Assembly (NCBI GenBank): GCA_963809485.1 | Contig: CAWEJX010000001.1 | Coordinates: 320,001-384,000, forward strand | Source of the DNA: an uncultured Acidobacteriota bacterium | GTDB lineage: Bacteria > Acidobacteriota > UBA6911 | Direction of reading: 5' to 3' | DNA length: 64,000 nt | Part shown: piece by piece, positions 19,085 to 28,179 of the stretch | Numbering within the stretch: the first letter of the stretch is position 1 | Layout: each line of letters starts with the position of its first letter | Program-made: the position numbers and the translations under genes | The notes under the pieces: generated by a model | The model's database searches: none | The model's input: only the letters and a program-made list of their open reading frames with translations | Told to the model about the DNA's origin: nothing

Positions 19085-20041
19085 ATGGCAAAACTTAAGC
19101 TGGCATCATATTGGGCTGCAGCCTGCGGAGGATGCGATGTCGCCATCCTCGATTTACACGAGAAAATACTCGACCTCGCCGCCGCAGCGGACATCGTCTT
19201 TTGGCCGATTGCCACGGATTTCAAATACAGCGATGTGGAGGCAATGCCCGACGAAAATATCGACGTAACTCTCTTCCACGGAGCCGTGCGCAACTCGGAA
19301 AATGAGCACCTGGCCCGTCTTTTGAGGGCAAAATCCAAGGTTCTTGTGGCATTCGGATCGTGCGCCCATATCGGCGGAATTCCGGGGCTGGCAAACCTTT
19401 TCACAAAAGAAGAGATTTTCAAGCGCATCTACCACGAAACGCCGTCCACCGTGAATGCGGAGAATTTCGAGCCTCAGCCGAAGCTGGCGGTAGCCGAAGG
19501 AGAGGTGACAATCCCGGAATTCTACAACACGGTCAAGACGCTCGACCAGACGGTGGACGTCGACTATTACATGCCCGGCTGCCCCCCGACGCCCAAGCAG
19601 ATCTGGAATGTCGTCCAGGCGATTGTGGGCGGGCAGCTTCCGCCCAAGGGTTCGGTTATCGGGGCCTCCGAAAAGACCCAGTGTGACGAATGTCCGCGCC
19701 CGAGGAAGGAAAAGAAGATTACGGGTTTCAAGCGGATAGCAACCGCCCAGCCGGATCCGGACACCTGTTTCCTGGAGCAGGGATTTCTGTGCCTGGGTCC
19801 CGTTACGCGAGGCGGATGCGATGCCCGGTGCCAGAATTCCGGCGTCCCCTGCCGAGGCTGTTATGGTTCTCCGGCCGGTGTCCTTGACATGGGGGCCAAA
19901 GCCATATCGGCGATAGCATCGGTCATCGAGGCTAAAGAAGAAGCCGAAGTGGAACGTATCATCCAGCAAATCCCGGATACTCTCCGCAGTTTTAACCGGT
20001 TCGGAATTCCAGCATCACTCATCACAAGGAAAATATCATGA
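19085..20041 (+). CDS. mvhG: Group 3c [NiFe]-hydrogenase small subunit MvhG
   Basis: ACGGCD, GSCAHIGGIPG, PGCPP, CLGPVTRGGC..C...PCRGC; ATG 19085 after GGAGG. Confidence 0.92.
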   Translation: MAKLKLASYWAAACGGCDVAILDLHEKILDLAAAADIVFWPIATDFKYSDVEAMPDENIDVTLFHGAVRNSENEHLARLLRAKSKVLVAFGSCAHIGGIPGLANLFTKEEIFKRIYHETPSTVNAENFEPQPKLAVAEGEVTIPEFYNTVKTLDQTVDVDYYMPGCPPTPKQIWNVVQAIVGGQLPPKGSVIGASEKTQCDECPRPRKEKKITGFKRIATAQPDPDTCFLEQGFLCLGPVTRGGCDARCQNSGVPCRGCYGSPAGVLDMGAKAISAIASVIEAKEEAEVERIIQQIPDTLRSFNRFGIPASLITRKIS

Positions 20042-21501
20042 AACGCATTTCGATTGATCCCATTACAAGGCTTGAAGGGCATGGAAAGATAGACATCTTC
20101 CTCGCAGACGACGGAAGTGTAGCGAACTGCTACTTCCAGGTGCCCGAGCTGCGCGGATTCGAGAAGTTCGTAGAGGGGATGCCGATAGAGGAAGTCCCGC
20201 GGGTGGTGTCGCGGATCTGCGGCGTCTGACCGGCCTCACACCACCTGGCCTCGGGTAAGGCCGCAGATGCAGTCTACAAGGTCGATCCGCCTCCTGCAGC
20301 AAAAAAGCTCCGCGAGATGTACAACGCGGCAGCCTTCGTTCATAGCCACATCGCCCACTTCTATGCCCTCGCAGCACCGGACTTTGTCTTGGGTCCTGAT
20401 TCCGATCCCGCAAAACGCAACATTTTGGGTGTCGTTGAAAAAGTGGGCATACCGATAGCAGGCGAGGTTTTGAAACACCGCGCCATCGCCCAGGATATCC
20501 AGATTACGGTGGGGGGCAGGTCTACGCATCCCGTGTGGACTCTTCCCGGAGGAGTATCCAAGGGAATAACCGAAGAGCAGCGCAAAGAAATAATAGAAAA
20601 AGCAAAATCCTGCGTGGAGTTCTCAAAGTTCTCCCTGAAGCTGTTCGAAGACGTAGTGCTGAAGAACAAGGCCTACCTGGATATCATCCTGTCCGACATT
20701 TTCGAAATGGACAGCTACTGGATTGGCACTGTCGATTCAAAGAATTGCGTGAACTTCTACCATGGCGATCACAGAATAGTGGATCAAAAAGGCAAGGAAG
20801 TATTCCGGTACAAGGACCACGAGTATCTCGACTTCATCTCGGAGCGCGTGGAGAAATACAGCTATCTGAAATTCCCATATCTGAAAAAGATCGGCTGGCA
20901 GGGGTTTGTGGATGGGCCGTCTTCGGGTGTGTATATGGCAACTCCGCTGTCCAGGCTGAACGCAGCCGATGGCATGGCTACTCCATTGGCCCAGGAAGAG
21001 TATGAAAAAATGTACAGCACTCTGGGAGGCAAGCCCATAAAGAAGCTTATGGCGACGCACTGGGCCAGGCTTGTCGAATTGCTTTATGCAGCGGAAAGAC
21101 TGCTGGAACTGGCACAGGATCCGGAGACAGCTTCGCCCAACATCCGGACGCTTCCCACGGCAACGCCTGAAGAGGGCGTGGGAATCGTGGAGGCGATGCG
21201 CGGAATTCTCACCCATCATTACAAAACGGACAAGAACGGCCTTGTTACGGAAGCCAACCTGATCGTCGGCACGACCAACAACAATGCTCCGATCTCGATG
21301 TCCATCAAACGTGCCGCGCAGAAATTGATCCAGCCGGGCAAGGAAGTCGGACAGGGTCTGCTGAACATGGTCGAAATGGCCTTCCGGCTCTACGATCCCT
21401 GCTTCTCCTGCGCGACGCACTCGCTGCCCGGCCAGATGCCCTTAATCGTGGAAGTGATCAACGCCGACGGAAAAATCATTCATCGGGAGGGCCGGAACTA
21501 G
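20038..21501 (+). CDS. mvhA: Group 3c [NiFe(Se)]-hydrogenase large subunit MvhA, 487 aa, read through TGA (probable selenocysteine) at codon 64
   Basis: Track ORFs 20038-20229 and 20317-21501 are in the same frame: ITRLEGHG...RICGV(TGA)PASHH...YDPCFSCATH plus cleavable C-terminal tail. Confidence 0.9.
20245..20266 (+). promoter_or_regulatory. Putative bacterial SECIS hairpin
   Basis: GGCCT-CGGGTA-AGGCC (20247-20262); apical loop begins 22 nt after the TGA at 20227-20229, with G in loop position 2. Confidence 0.65.
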
Positions 21502-21661
21502 CGGGCGCAGAGGACCTCCGCCAGGTTGAACGGTTGCACCTTGAACGTTGAAAGAACACCCTGGGTCCACAAGGCGACATGGAAAACCTTTGAGCTCGGA
21601 TACGAACAATCCCGGTCCCGACACCTTGAAATCTGCACGCATTGGCGGGGCGACAAAAACC

Positions 21662-22165
21662 ATGAAGGTCCGCATTATCGGTCTGGGCAACTCGATACTC
21701 ACCGACGACGGCGTTGGCATCTACACCGCCCGCGAGGTGGCAAGACGTCTATCCGCGGCCGGCCTCCGGGACCGCGTGGACATTGTGGAATCGGAAGTGG
21801 CAGGGTTTGCCCTTATGGAACTGATGGCCGGTTGGGATCGCATCATTCTGATCGATTCCGTCCAATTCGAGGGATTGGAATCCGGCACAGTGATCCGTAT
21901 CGCGCCCGAAGATCTTCACACGTCCCTGCGACTGCGTTCCGTGCACGACATCGATCTGCCGACAGCGCTTGAACTGGCCCGACGGATGGGAATCGCCATG
22001 CCCCGCGATCTCATGATTTTCGGCATTCAGGCGGAGGACTGGCTGACGCTCGGCGAATCCCTGACCGATGCGGCAGAACGCGGCATGAAGACAGCCGCAG
22101 ACCTCGTCCTTTCCGAACTGGATCGGGAAGGAGCAATGAATCCGAGATCCGAAATTCGGAACTGA
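21662..22165 (+). CDS. Hydrogenase maturation endopeptidase (HycI/HybD family)
   Basis: IIGLGNSILTDDGVG, ILIDS, SVHD; directly after mvhA. Confidence 0.92.
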   Translation: MKVRIIGLGNSILTDDGVGIYTAREVARRLSAAGLRDRVDIVESEVAGFALMELMAGWDRIILIDSVQFEGLESGTVIRIAPEDLHTSLRLRSVHDIDLPTALELARRMGIAMPRDLMIFGIQAEDWLTLGESLTDAAERGMKTAADLVLSELDREGAMNPRSEIRN

Positions 22166-22270
22166 GTGCGGCAATTTAGGGACTGCGGAGATCGGCCCGG
22201 CGGCAAGCGCCTCCAGGCCGATGCGAAGCCCCAACTCTCGAATCGCGCATTTTTAGTCCGGGTGCCGACC

Positions 22271-24265
22271 ATGGTTGCCAGCGACAACATAATCCGATCC
22301 AGCATCAAGGCTCGCCTCATCAAAGTCTTTACCCTCGCCATTCTGATTCCTTCCGTGGTTACCGCCGTCGTTGGCGTATTGATGATCCGCAAACAGGTCA
22401 ATGTCCAGGCTCAGGCCCGGGTCACATCGGATCTGGAGGCGGCCAAGGAGATCTATCAGAACTACCTGGAACGTCTCAAAGATTCCTTGCGGATCCATGC
22501 CACCCGGATGATCGTTTACGGGGCCCTTGAACGGAGGGACCCGTCCGCGCTCGATGCCGAAATGAAGCGGATTCTGAAGGCCGAGCGGCTGGACATCCTC
22601 ACCCTGACGGATGCATCCGGAAATGTGTTCTACCGCACCCGCAATCCTTCCCTCGTGGGCGACGATGACCGCGGGGACATTTTCGTAAAGCACGTGCTGC
22701 GAAATAAGCAGCCGGCTTCGAGTACGGACACGATCCCCCGGAGTGAACTCCTCAAGGAATCGCCGGAGCTGGCAGACCAGGCATCCATGGACATCACGCC
22801 GACCCGGATGGCCGGCCCCTCCGCAAAAACACGGATCCAATCGGGCATGGTGCTGAAAGCCGCCGCACCCGTGTTTACGGCAAGCGGGCGATTTGTCGGG
22901 GTTCTTGTCGGCGGGATCCTTTTGAACAGAGATTACGAGATTGTCGACAGAATACAGACGACCGTATTCAAGGGAGAGTCCTACAAAGGCCAGCCCGTGG
23001 GGACCGCCACGATTTTCCAGGACGACGTCCGGATTTCCACCAATGTCAGGAATGTCGACGGCAGCCGTGCCATCACAACGATTGTCTCCGCCGAAGTTGC
23101 GGACGCAGTCCTGGGACGGGGGGACACCTGGCGCAGCAGGGCGTTCGTGGTGAACGACTGGTACATATCGGCATACACGCCAATCCGTAATCTGGCCGAC
23201 AAAACCATCGGGATGCTTTATGTGGGCATCCTCGAACGGCCTTACAACGACACCCTCTGGAAAAACCTTTCCGTGTTTCTCGGCATCACGCTCCTGGCCA
23301 TGGGTTTGATCAGTGTCGTTGCCATGGTTGTGGCTTATCAGATCTCCCGCCCGATTCGTGCCATGGCCGACGCTGCGAAGAAAATAGCCGAGGGAGACTA
23401 TTCTCAAAAAGTTGAAGTGTCGTCCGACGACGAAATCGGATTTTTGGCGAATAACTTCAACAATATGGTTTCCGAGCTCGTAGGAGCGCATCAGGAACTC
23501 AAGGAGTGGGGCGAAACACTGGAGCGCAAGGTAGAGAAAAGAACAGCCGAGCTGAAAGCAATGCAGGCCCACTTGATTCAATCGGAAAAGCTGGCTGGCG
23601 TCGGGAAGCTGGCTGCCGGCGTCGCCCACGAAATCAACAATCCCCTCACCTGCGTCCTCACCAACACGAGTTTGATGCTGGCGGATCTTCCTCCGGAAGA
23701 TCCCCGGCGCGAAGACCTGCAAACCGTTGTGGATGAAACCTTGCGTTGCCGCAAGATCGTCAAGGGCCTGCTGGATTTCGCCCGGCAGACAAAACCGCAG
23801 AAACAGTCCCTGGACCTCAATAAGGTGGCGGACGATGTTCTCAGCCTGGTTCGGAACCAGGCCTCGTTCCAGAACATAACGATTCGCACGGAGCTGGATC
23901 CGGGGATTCCCACGGTCCTGGCCGATGCGGACCAGATGCGGCAGGTGGTTCTCAATATCATTCTGAATGCAGCCGATGCGATGCCGCAAGGCGGCAATCT
24001 CCGAATCCGAACATGCCAGGAGCCCGGATCCACCAGGGTAATGCTGAAAATCTCCGACACTGGACCGGGAATCCCGGCAGAGATCCAGGACAAACTGTTT
24101 GAACCCTTTTTCACAACAAAAAAGACCGGGACCGGACTGGGACTGGCCATCGCTTACGGAATCATGGAACGGCACAAGGGAGAGCTCAAACTGGAGAGTT
24201 CGCTGGGCCATGGCACCACGGTAAGCGTGATTCTGCCCACCGATGTCCAGGCGATTGATGATTAG
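22271..24265 (+). CDS. Sensor histidine kinase (TM-Cache-TM-HAMP-HisKA-HATPase, NtrB class)
   Basis: Two TM segments, GTATIFQDDVRISTNV Cache motif, AHEINNP, DTGPGI, FEPFFTTK, GTGLGL. Confidence 0.92.
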   Translation: MVASDNIIRSSIKARLIKVFTLAILIPSVVTAVVGVLMIRKQVNVQAQARVTSDLEAAKEIYQNYLERLKDSLRIHATRMIVYGALERRDPSALDAEMKRILKAERLDILTLTDASGNVFYRTRNPSLVGDDDRGDIFVKHVLRNKQPASSTDTIPRSELLKESPELADQASMDITPTRMAGPSAKTRIQSGMVLKAAAPVFTASGRFVGVLVGGILLNRDYEIVDRIQTTVFKGESYKGQPVGTATIFQDDVRISTNVRNVDGSRAITTIVSAEVADAVLGRGDTWRSRAFVVNDWYISAYTPIRNLADKTIGMLYVGILERPYNDTLWKNLSVFLGITLLAMGLISVVAMVVAYQISRPIRAMADAAKKIAEGDYSQKVEVSSDDEIGFLANNFNNMVSELVGAHQELKEWGETLERKVEKRTAELKAMQAHLIQSEKLAGVGKLAAGVAHEINNPLTCVLTNTSLMLADLPPEDPRREDLQTVVDETLRCRKIVKGLLDFARQTKPQKQSLDLNKVADDVLSLVRNQASFQNITIRTELDPGIPTVLADADQMRQVVLNIILNAADAMPQGGNLRIRTCQEPGSTRVMLKISDTGPGIPAEIQDKLFEPFFTTKKTGTGLGLAIAYGIMERHKGELKLESSLGHGTTVSVILPTDVQAIDD

Positions 24266-24266
24266 T

Positions 24267-25673
24267 ATGGATGCGCCGAAAGCCCTTGTAGTCGACGACG
24301 AGCCCGCAATCTGCAGATCCTGTGAAAAGATCCTGTCCCGCGAGGGCTACCTGGTAAAAATCGCCTACTCCGGCAAACAGGCAATCCACCTGCTCGAGCA
24401 GGAGCCCTTCGACATTATTTTCACCGACCTGAAAATGGCTGAAATGGGCGGCATGGAATTGCTGGAAACGCTGCGTTCACGCTTTCCCGATGTCGTGCCG
24501 GTGGTTATCACCGGCTACGCCACGATCGCTTCCGCAGTCGAAACAATGAAGATGGGCGCATTCGACTATCTTCCCAAGCCTTTTACTCCCGATGAGATGG
24601 CGGCTGTAGCGAAAAAAGCCTGGGACAAGAGGCAGAACCTGATTGAAAGCCGGGCCATCGCCCACGGGGAAATGCTTCCCGAATTCTGCGGCATTGTGGG
24701 AAAAAGCCCGAAAATCCAGGAAATCTTCCGAATGATCCGCAAAGTTGCGCCCACCTCCAGCACGGTATTGATTGTGGGAGAAACCGGCACGGGCAAAGAG
24801 CTTGTGGCACGGGCGATTCATGCATCAAGCCCGAGGAGCGAGCACCGGTTCTGCGCGGTCGATTGCGGGACCCTTTCCGTCGAGCTCCTCGAAAGCGAGT
24901 TGTTCGGCCATGTCAAGGGAGCGTTCACAGGGGCAGTCGCGAACAAGCAGGGGATCTTTGAAGCAGCCGATGAGGGGACGGTATTCCTGGACGAAATCTG
25001 CAACATTAACCTGGAGATCCAGGGCAAACTGCTGCGCTTCATTCAGGAGCGGGAATTCCTGCCGGTAGGGGGTACGGAAACCAAGCATGTGGACATCCGG
25101 CTGATTTTCGCAACCAACCGGGACCTGGAAAAAATGGTGGCGGAGGGCACATTCCGGGAAGATCTCTATTACAGGCTCTATGTCTATCCGATCCAGCTCC
25201 CTCCGTTGAGAGAGCGCCGGGAGGACATCCCGGTGCTGGCCTATCACCTGCTTTCAAAAATGCAGGCCCAGGACGAAAAAAGAGTGGCGACCATATCCGA
25301 AGCCGCTCTCAAGGTGATCGAGCGTTACGACTGGCCGGGCAACATCCGCCAGCTCGAAAGCACTATTGAGAGAGCCGTCATCACGTGCGAAGGGACTGTA
25401 ATCGAGCCGCACCACCTTCCCCTGGCCGTTACGCGGGCGGGGCTGCCCGAATCCTATCCGGTGCCTCAAAACAACAGGGAGTTTCTTGCGCTGAAGAAAA
25501 AACTGCGGGAGCAGGCAATCGGCGAACTGGAGCGGGAATTCGTTCTCGAGGCTCTGCAGAGGAACGAATGGAACGTCACGCGGGCGGCACAGGAGGTAGA
25601 CATCCAGCGGCCGAACTTCCAGGCGCTGATGCGCAAACACGGGATCCGGTCGGGACGTACCGATTCGGAGTAG
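24267..25673 (+). CDS. Sigma-54-dependent response regulator (REC-AAA-Fis HTH)
   Basis: VVDDE, TDLKM, GETGTGKE, GAFTGA, WPGNIRQL. Confidence 0.95.
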   Translation: MDAPKALVVDDEPAICRSCEKILSREGYLVKIAYSGKQAIHLLEQEPFDIIFTDLKMAEMGGMELLETLRSRFPDVVPVVITGYATIASAVETMKMGAFDYLPKPFTPDEMAAVAKKAWDKRQNLIESRAIAHGEMLPEFCGIVGKSPKIQEIFRMIRKVAPTSSTVLIVGETGTGKELVARAIHASSPRSEHRFCAVDCGTLSVELLESELFGHVKGAFTGAVANKQGIFEAADEGTVFLDEICNINLEIQGKLLRFIQEREFLPVGGTETKHVDIRLIFATNRDLEKMVAEGTFREDLYYRLYVYPIQLPPLRERREDIPVLAYHLLSKMQAQDEKRVATISEAALKVIERYDWPGNIRQLESTIERAVITCEGTVIEPHHLPLAVTRAGLPESYPVPQNNREFLALKKKLREQAIGELEREFVLEALQRNEWNVTRAAQEVDIQRPNFQALMRKHGIRSGRTDSE

Positions 25674-25688
25674 GGAATCCTCCCGGTG

Positions 25689-26083
25689 AGTCAGGTACCT
25701 CCCGCAAAGCCGGAGACTTGAAGGATTTGAACCGCTCAAAGCGGTTGGACTAGTTACGCCGGTCTTGAACGCTGACTTACGTGGGCAAAAGCCGATGAGG
25801 CGCTTCCGATCCCCGCAGGGGCCAGCGCTCCGCGCTGGACAGTTTTCTGCGGCGGCACTGTGGCAAGCGCCGTGCGGCAAGGAGATGAAGGGTATGAGAA
25901 ACCGGGCGTTTGCCACAGTGCCGCCGCAGAAAACTCCATCGGAAGCGCCTCATCGGCTTTTGCTCGCCGACCCTCGCCGAACAAATCGGCGTTTGTCAGC
26001 GCTTTTTTCAGCGTTTCTCAGCGTTTCAAAATACGGAGCTGTCAAACTCTTTGAGTCCCCCGGCAGAGCCGGGGGATTACCAA
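25689..26083. mobile_element. Non-autonomous palindromic element (MITE/PATE-like) with IS200/IS605-type terminal hairpins, copy 1
   Basis: Nearly identical to 45561-45951; end hairpins CCCCCGGC-AGA-GCCGGGGG (26057-26075) and AACCGC-TCAAA-GCGGTT; two nested 26 bp inverted repeats (25785-25810/25938-25963 and 25841-25866/25910-25935); no transposase ORF. Confidence 0.75.
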
Positions 26084-26289
26084 TGTAATTACGCGAGTTG
26101 ATCCATCCGATCCGCGCACATGCTGATTTGGCTTTCGCAGAATTCGCCTGAATTCGCAGGGAAATGCAGAGCGGCACACGGCTCAATGAATCCCGGTTGT
26201 CGGCCTGCGACCTCAAACCTGCGACCCTTAGTCAACAGCATCTGCGCCCGCCAGCGCCGCCTCAGAAAAGAGTGTTGAGAAATCCCGAG

Positions 26290-26775
26290 TTAAGCGAGCT
26301 TTGATCCGCATTGACCGCAAAAGGAACCTGCGACTGCGGGGGCGCCGCACTGAGGGCAGAAACGGCTTGCCGCCGGAGCGGCAGCCTCCGGTTGGGGAGG
26401 CGCATTGGCGGCCTCTCCCGCAGCGGCGTCCGGTGCTTTAGCAGCCTTATCCTCAGCCCTGATGGCCTCAATCTCGGCCCTTTTCTTTGCTATCTCGGCT
26501 TCAGCCGAGGAAATCTGCTGCTCGACACCGGTGATCTGATCGAGCAGCGCCTTCATCTCCGGTGAGTCCAGGGTTTCGGCACGCAGCATTGCGATGGCCA
26601 TTTCGCCGATATTCAGCTTGCTCTGCTGGATCTGGCCCTTGTATTCGCCGATCGTCTTTTCAAAATCGCCGATCTGGCCGTTGATTTTCTGGATCCGCAT
26701 AAATTGATCCACTTCCTTCTTACCGCGATCCACCACATCGCCAACCGCTTTGGTTACACGATCCAGTATCGACAT
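26290..26775 (-). CDS. Coiled-coil protein with C-terminal double zinc ribbon
   Basis: MSILDRVTKAVG after GGAGG; ends FCPQCGA...FCGQCGSKL. Confidence 0.82.
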   Translation of the reverse strand: MSILDRVTKAVGDVVDRGKKEVDQFMRIQKINGQIGDFEKTIGEYKGQIQQSKLNIGEMAIAMLRAETLDSPEMKALLDQITGVEQQISSAEAEIAKKRAEIEAIRAEDKAAKAPDAAAGEAANAPPQPEAAAPAASRFCPQCGAPAVAGSFCGQCGSKLA

Positions 26776-26874
26776 CCCACACCTCCTTGTGGGGAATACA
26801 ATACCACGAGATGCACGGCAGCGGATGTCAGACTCTTCTCGCTTTCTAACCTGCTTCCGTGGATAATTGAGATT

Positions 26875-27390
26875 ATGGCATGGGGGGTTAACGACTCTTC
26901 CGGACTGGAAATGCCGCCGGGACAGGGCACGATCCGAATCGATCCGGAAGGGGCATGGTCCTACAAAGGCGTGGAAATTCCGCGGCGCGACCTCATTGCG
27001 TACTTTTACCGGAACCTTCGCCGGGATGAATCCGGACACTACTTCATCGAGATCGGTCGGCAGCGCTGCGACCTGGATGTAGACGATACGGCGTATGTTG
27101 TCTGGGCCGTCCATCGGGACAACAGCCGCGGCGCCGGGGAATCCATCCGGCTGCACCTCTCAGACGACAGCTTCGAGGATCTGGATCCGGGCACGCTCCG
27201 GATTGGACAGGATAATGTCCTTTATTGCAGGGTCAAGCAGTTACTTTTTGAAGCCCGCTTTTCCAGATCCGGCTACTACCAGATCGTCCAACATATCCAA
27301 TATGACCCGGATCGCGATGCCTGTTTTCTTTCGCTCGGCGGACAACGACACTACATCGTCGACAGCGCGCTGGGATTGACCGCGGATTGA
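26875..27390 (+). CDS. DUF1285-like hypothetical protein
   Basis: IRIDPEGAWSYKGVEI, VDDTAYVV, LYCRVK...EARFSR pattern; start uncertain. Confidence 0.65.
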   Translation: MAWGVNDSSGLEMPPGQGTIRIDPEGAWSYKGVEIPRRDLIAYFYRNLRRDESGHYFIEIGRQRCDLDVDDTAYVVWAVHRDNSRGAGESIRLHLSDDSFEDLDPGTLRIGQDNVLYCRVKQLLFEARFSRSGYYQIVQHIQYDPDRDACFLSLGGQRHYIVDSALGLTAD

Positions 27391-27459
27391 GGCACTGGGA
27401 TCCGCCCGGAATGCCGCTACGGGCTGCAGTTACATCCAGGCCGGTTGTGGAAATTGCGT

Positions 27460-27915
27460 CTAACGTCGCGAAGCAAAGAAAGCCTTCAGTATCTGTCCGC
27501 ACTCCTCCTCGAGTATCCCCGGAGTCACCCGGATCCTGTGATTCAGCCAAGAAGAGTCCGCGAGCCGGAAACAGGACTGTATCGCGCCGGCTTTGGGATC
27601 GGCAGCCCCGAAGATGATCTCTTCCACGCGGGCATGGATCAGGGCCCCGACACACATGACGCACGGCTCGACCGTGACGATCAGGACCGAGCCCGGAAGC
27701 CTGTAATTCAGGCTGTTATGGCAGCCCTGGCGCAGGGCGACGATTTCCGCGTGAGCCGTTGGATCATTCAGCCGGATAGAGCTGTTATGACCGCGGCCGA
27801 CAATCTTCTCATTCACCAGAAGCACAGCGCCCACTGGAACTTCTCCCTCGACTTCGGCATTACGCGCCTCTGACAGAGCTTCCCGCATCCAGCATTTTGC
27901 CGTTTCCAAATCCAT
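27460..27915 (-). CDS. tadA: tRNA adenosine(34) deaminase
   Basis: EVPVGAV, DPTAHAE, TVEPCVMC, DPKAG. Confidence 0.95.
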   Translation of the reverse strand: MDLETAKCWMREALSEARNAEVEGEVPVGAVLLVNEKIVGRGHNSSIRLNDPTAHAEIVALRQGCHNSLNYRLPGSVLIVTVEPCVMCVGALIHARVEEIIFGAADPKAGAIQSCFRLADSSWLNHRIRVTPGILEEECGQILKAFFASRR

Positions 27916-28179
27916 GGAATCCCCCAAGGGCATTCATCGCCCGGAACCGGATAGCCACATTTCCCAGGCTTTCTGCTTCAGCACCGGATCCGGGCCGGCT
28001 TGCAGTGTTCAAGGCGCCAGCCTGCAACGGACAGGTCCTGAAATGTTTGTGCCGCCTCGCCGCGAAAATATTTATGCAGAGCGATCCACCCAATGATTTC
28101 ACAAATTTCGCGGAGATTATCAACGGATTTTTGTGAAATCTGCAAGATATATGTTCCATTATCGAATACAATGCGCGAC

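Noticed and set aside
20038-20229. 63 aa ORF and separate 394 aa ORF (20317-21501) as two genes or a pseudogene
   Set aside because: Same frame, the stop sits on a conserved Cys codon with a SECIS-like hairpin, and the intervening codons are conserved; treated as one selenoprotein.
22253-24211. Long antisense ORFs (652 aa here; also 6001-7194, 15468-16733, 16817-18187, 53514-54842, 62726-63670)
   Set aside because: Shadow frames of well-supported genes in GC-rich DNA, with no recognisable motifs.
25754-26216. Short ORFs inside the repeat element (also 45563-46000)
   Set aside because: They arise from palindromic non-coding sequence and differ between copies because of the inversion; no transposase motifs.
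27390-28090. tRNA or SRP RNA next to tadA
   Set aside because: No cloverleaf, T-loop or SRP motif found by eye.
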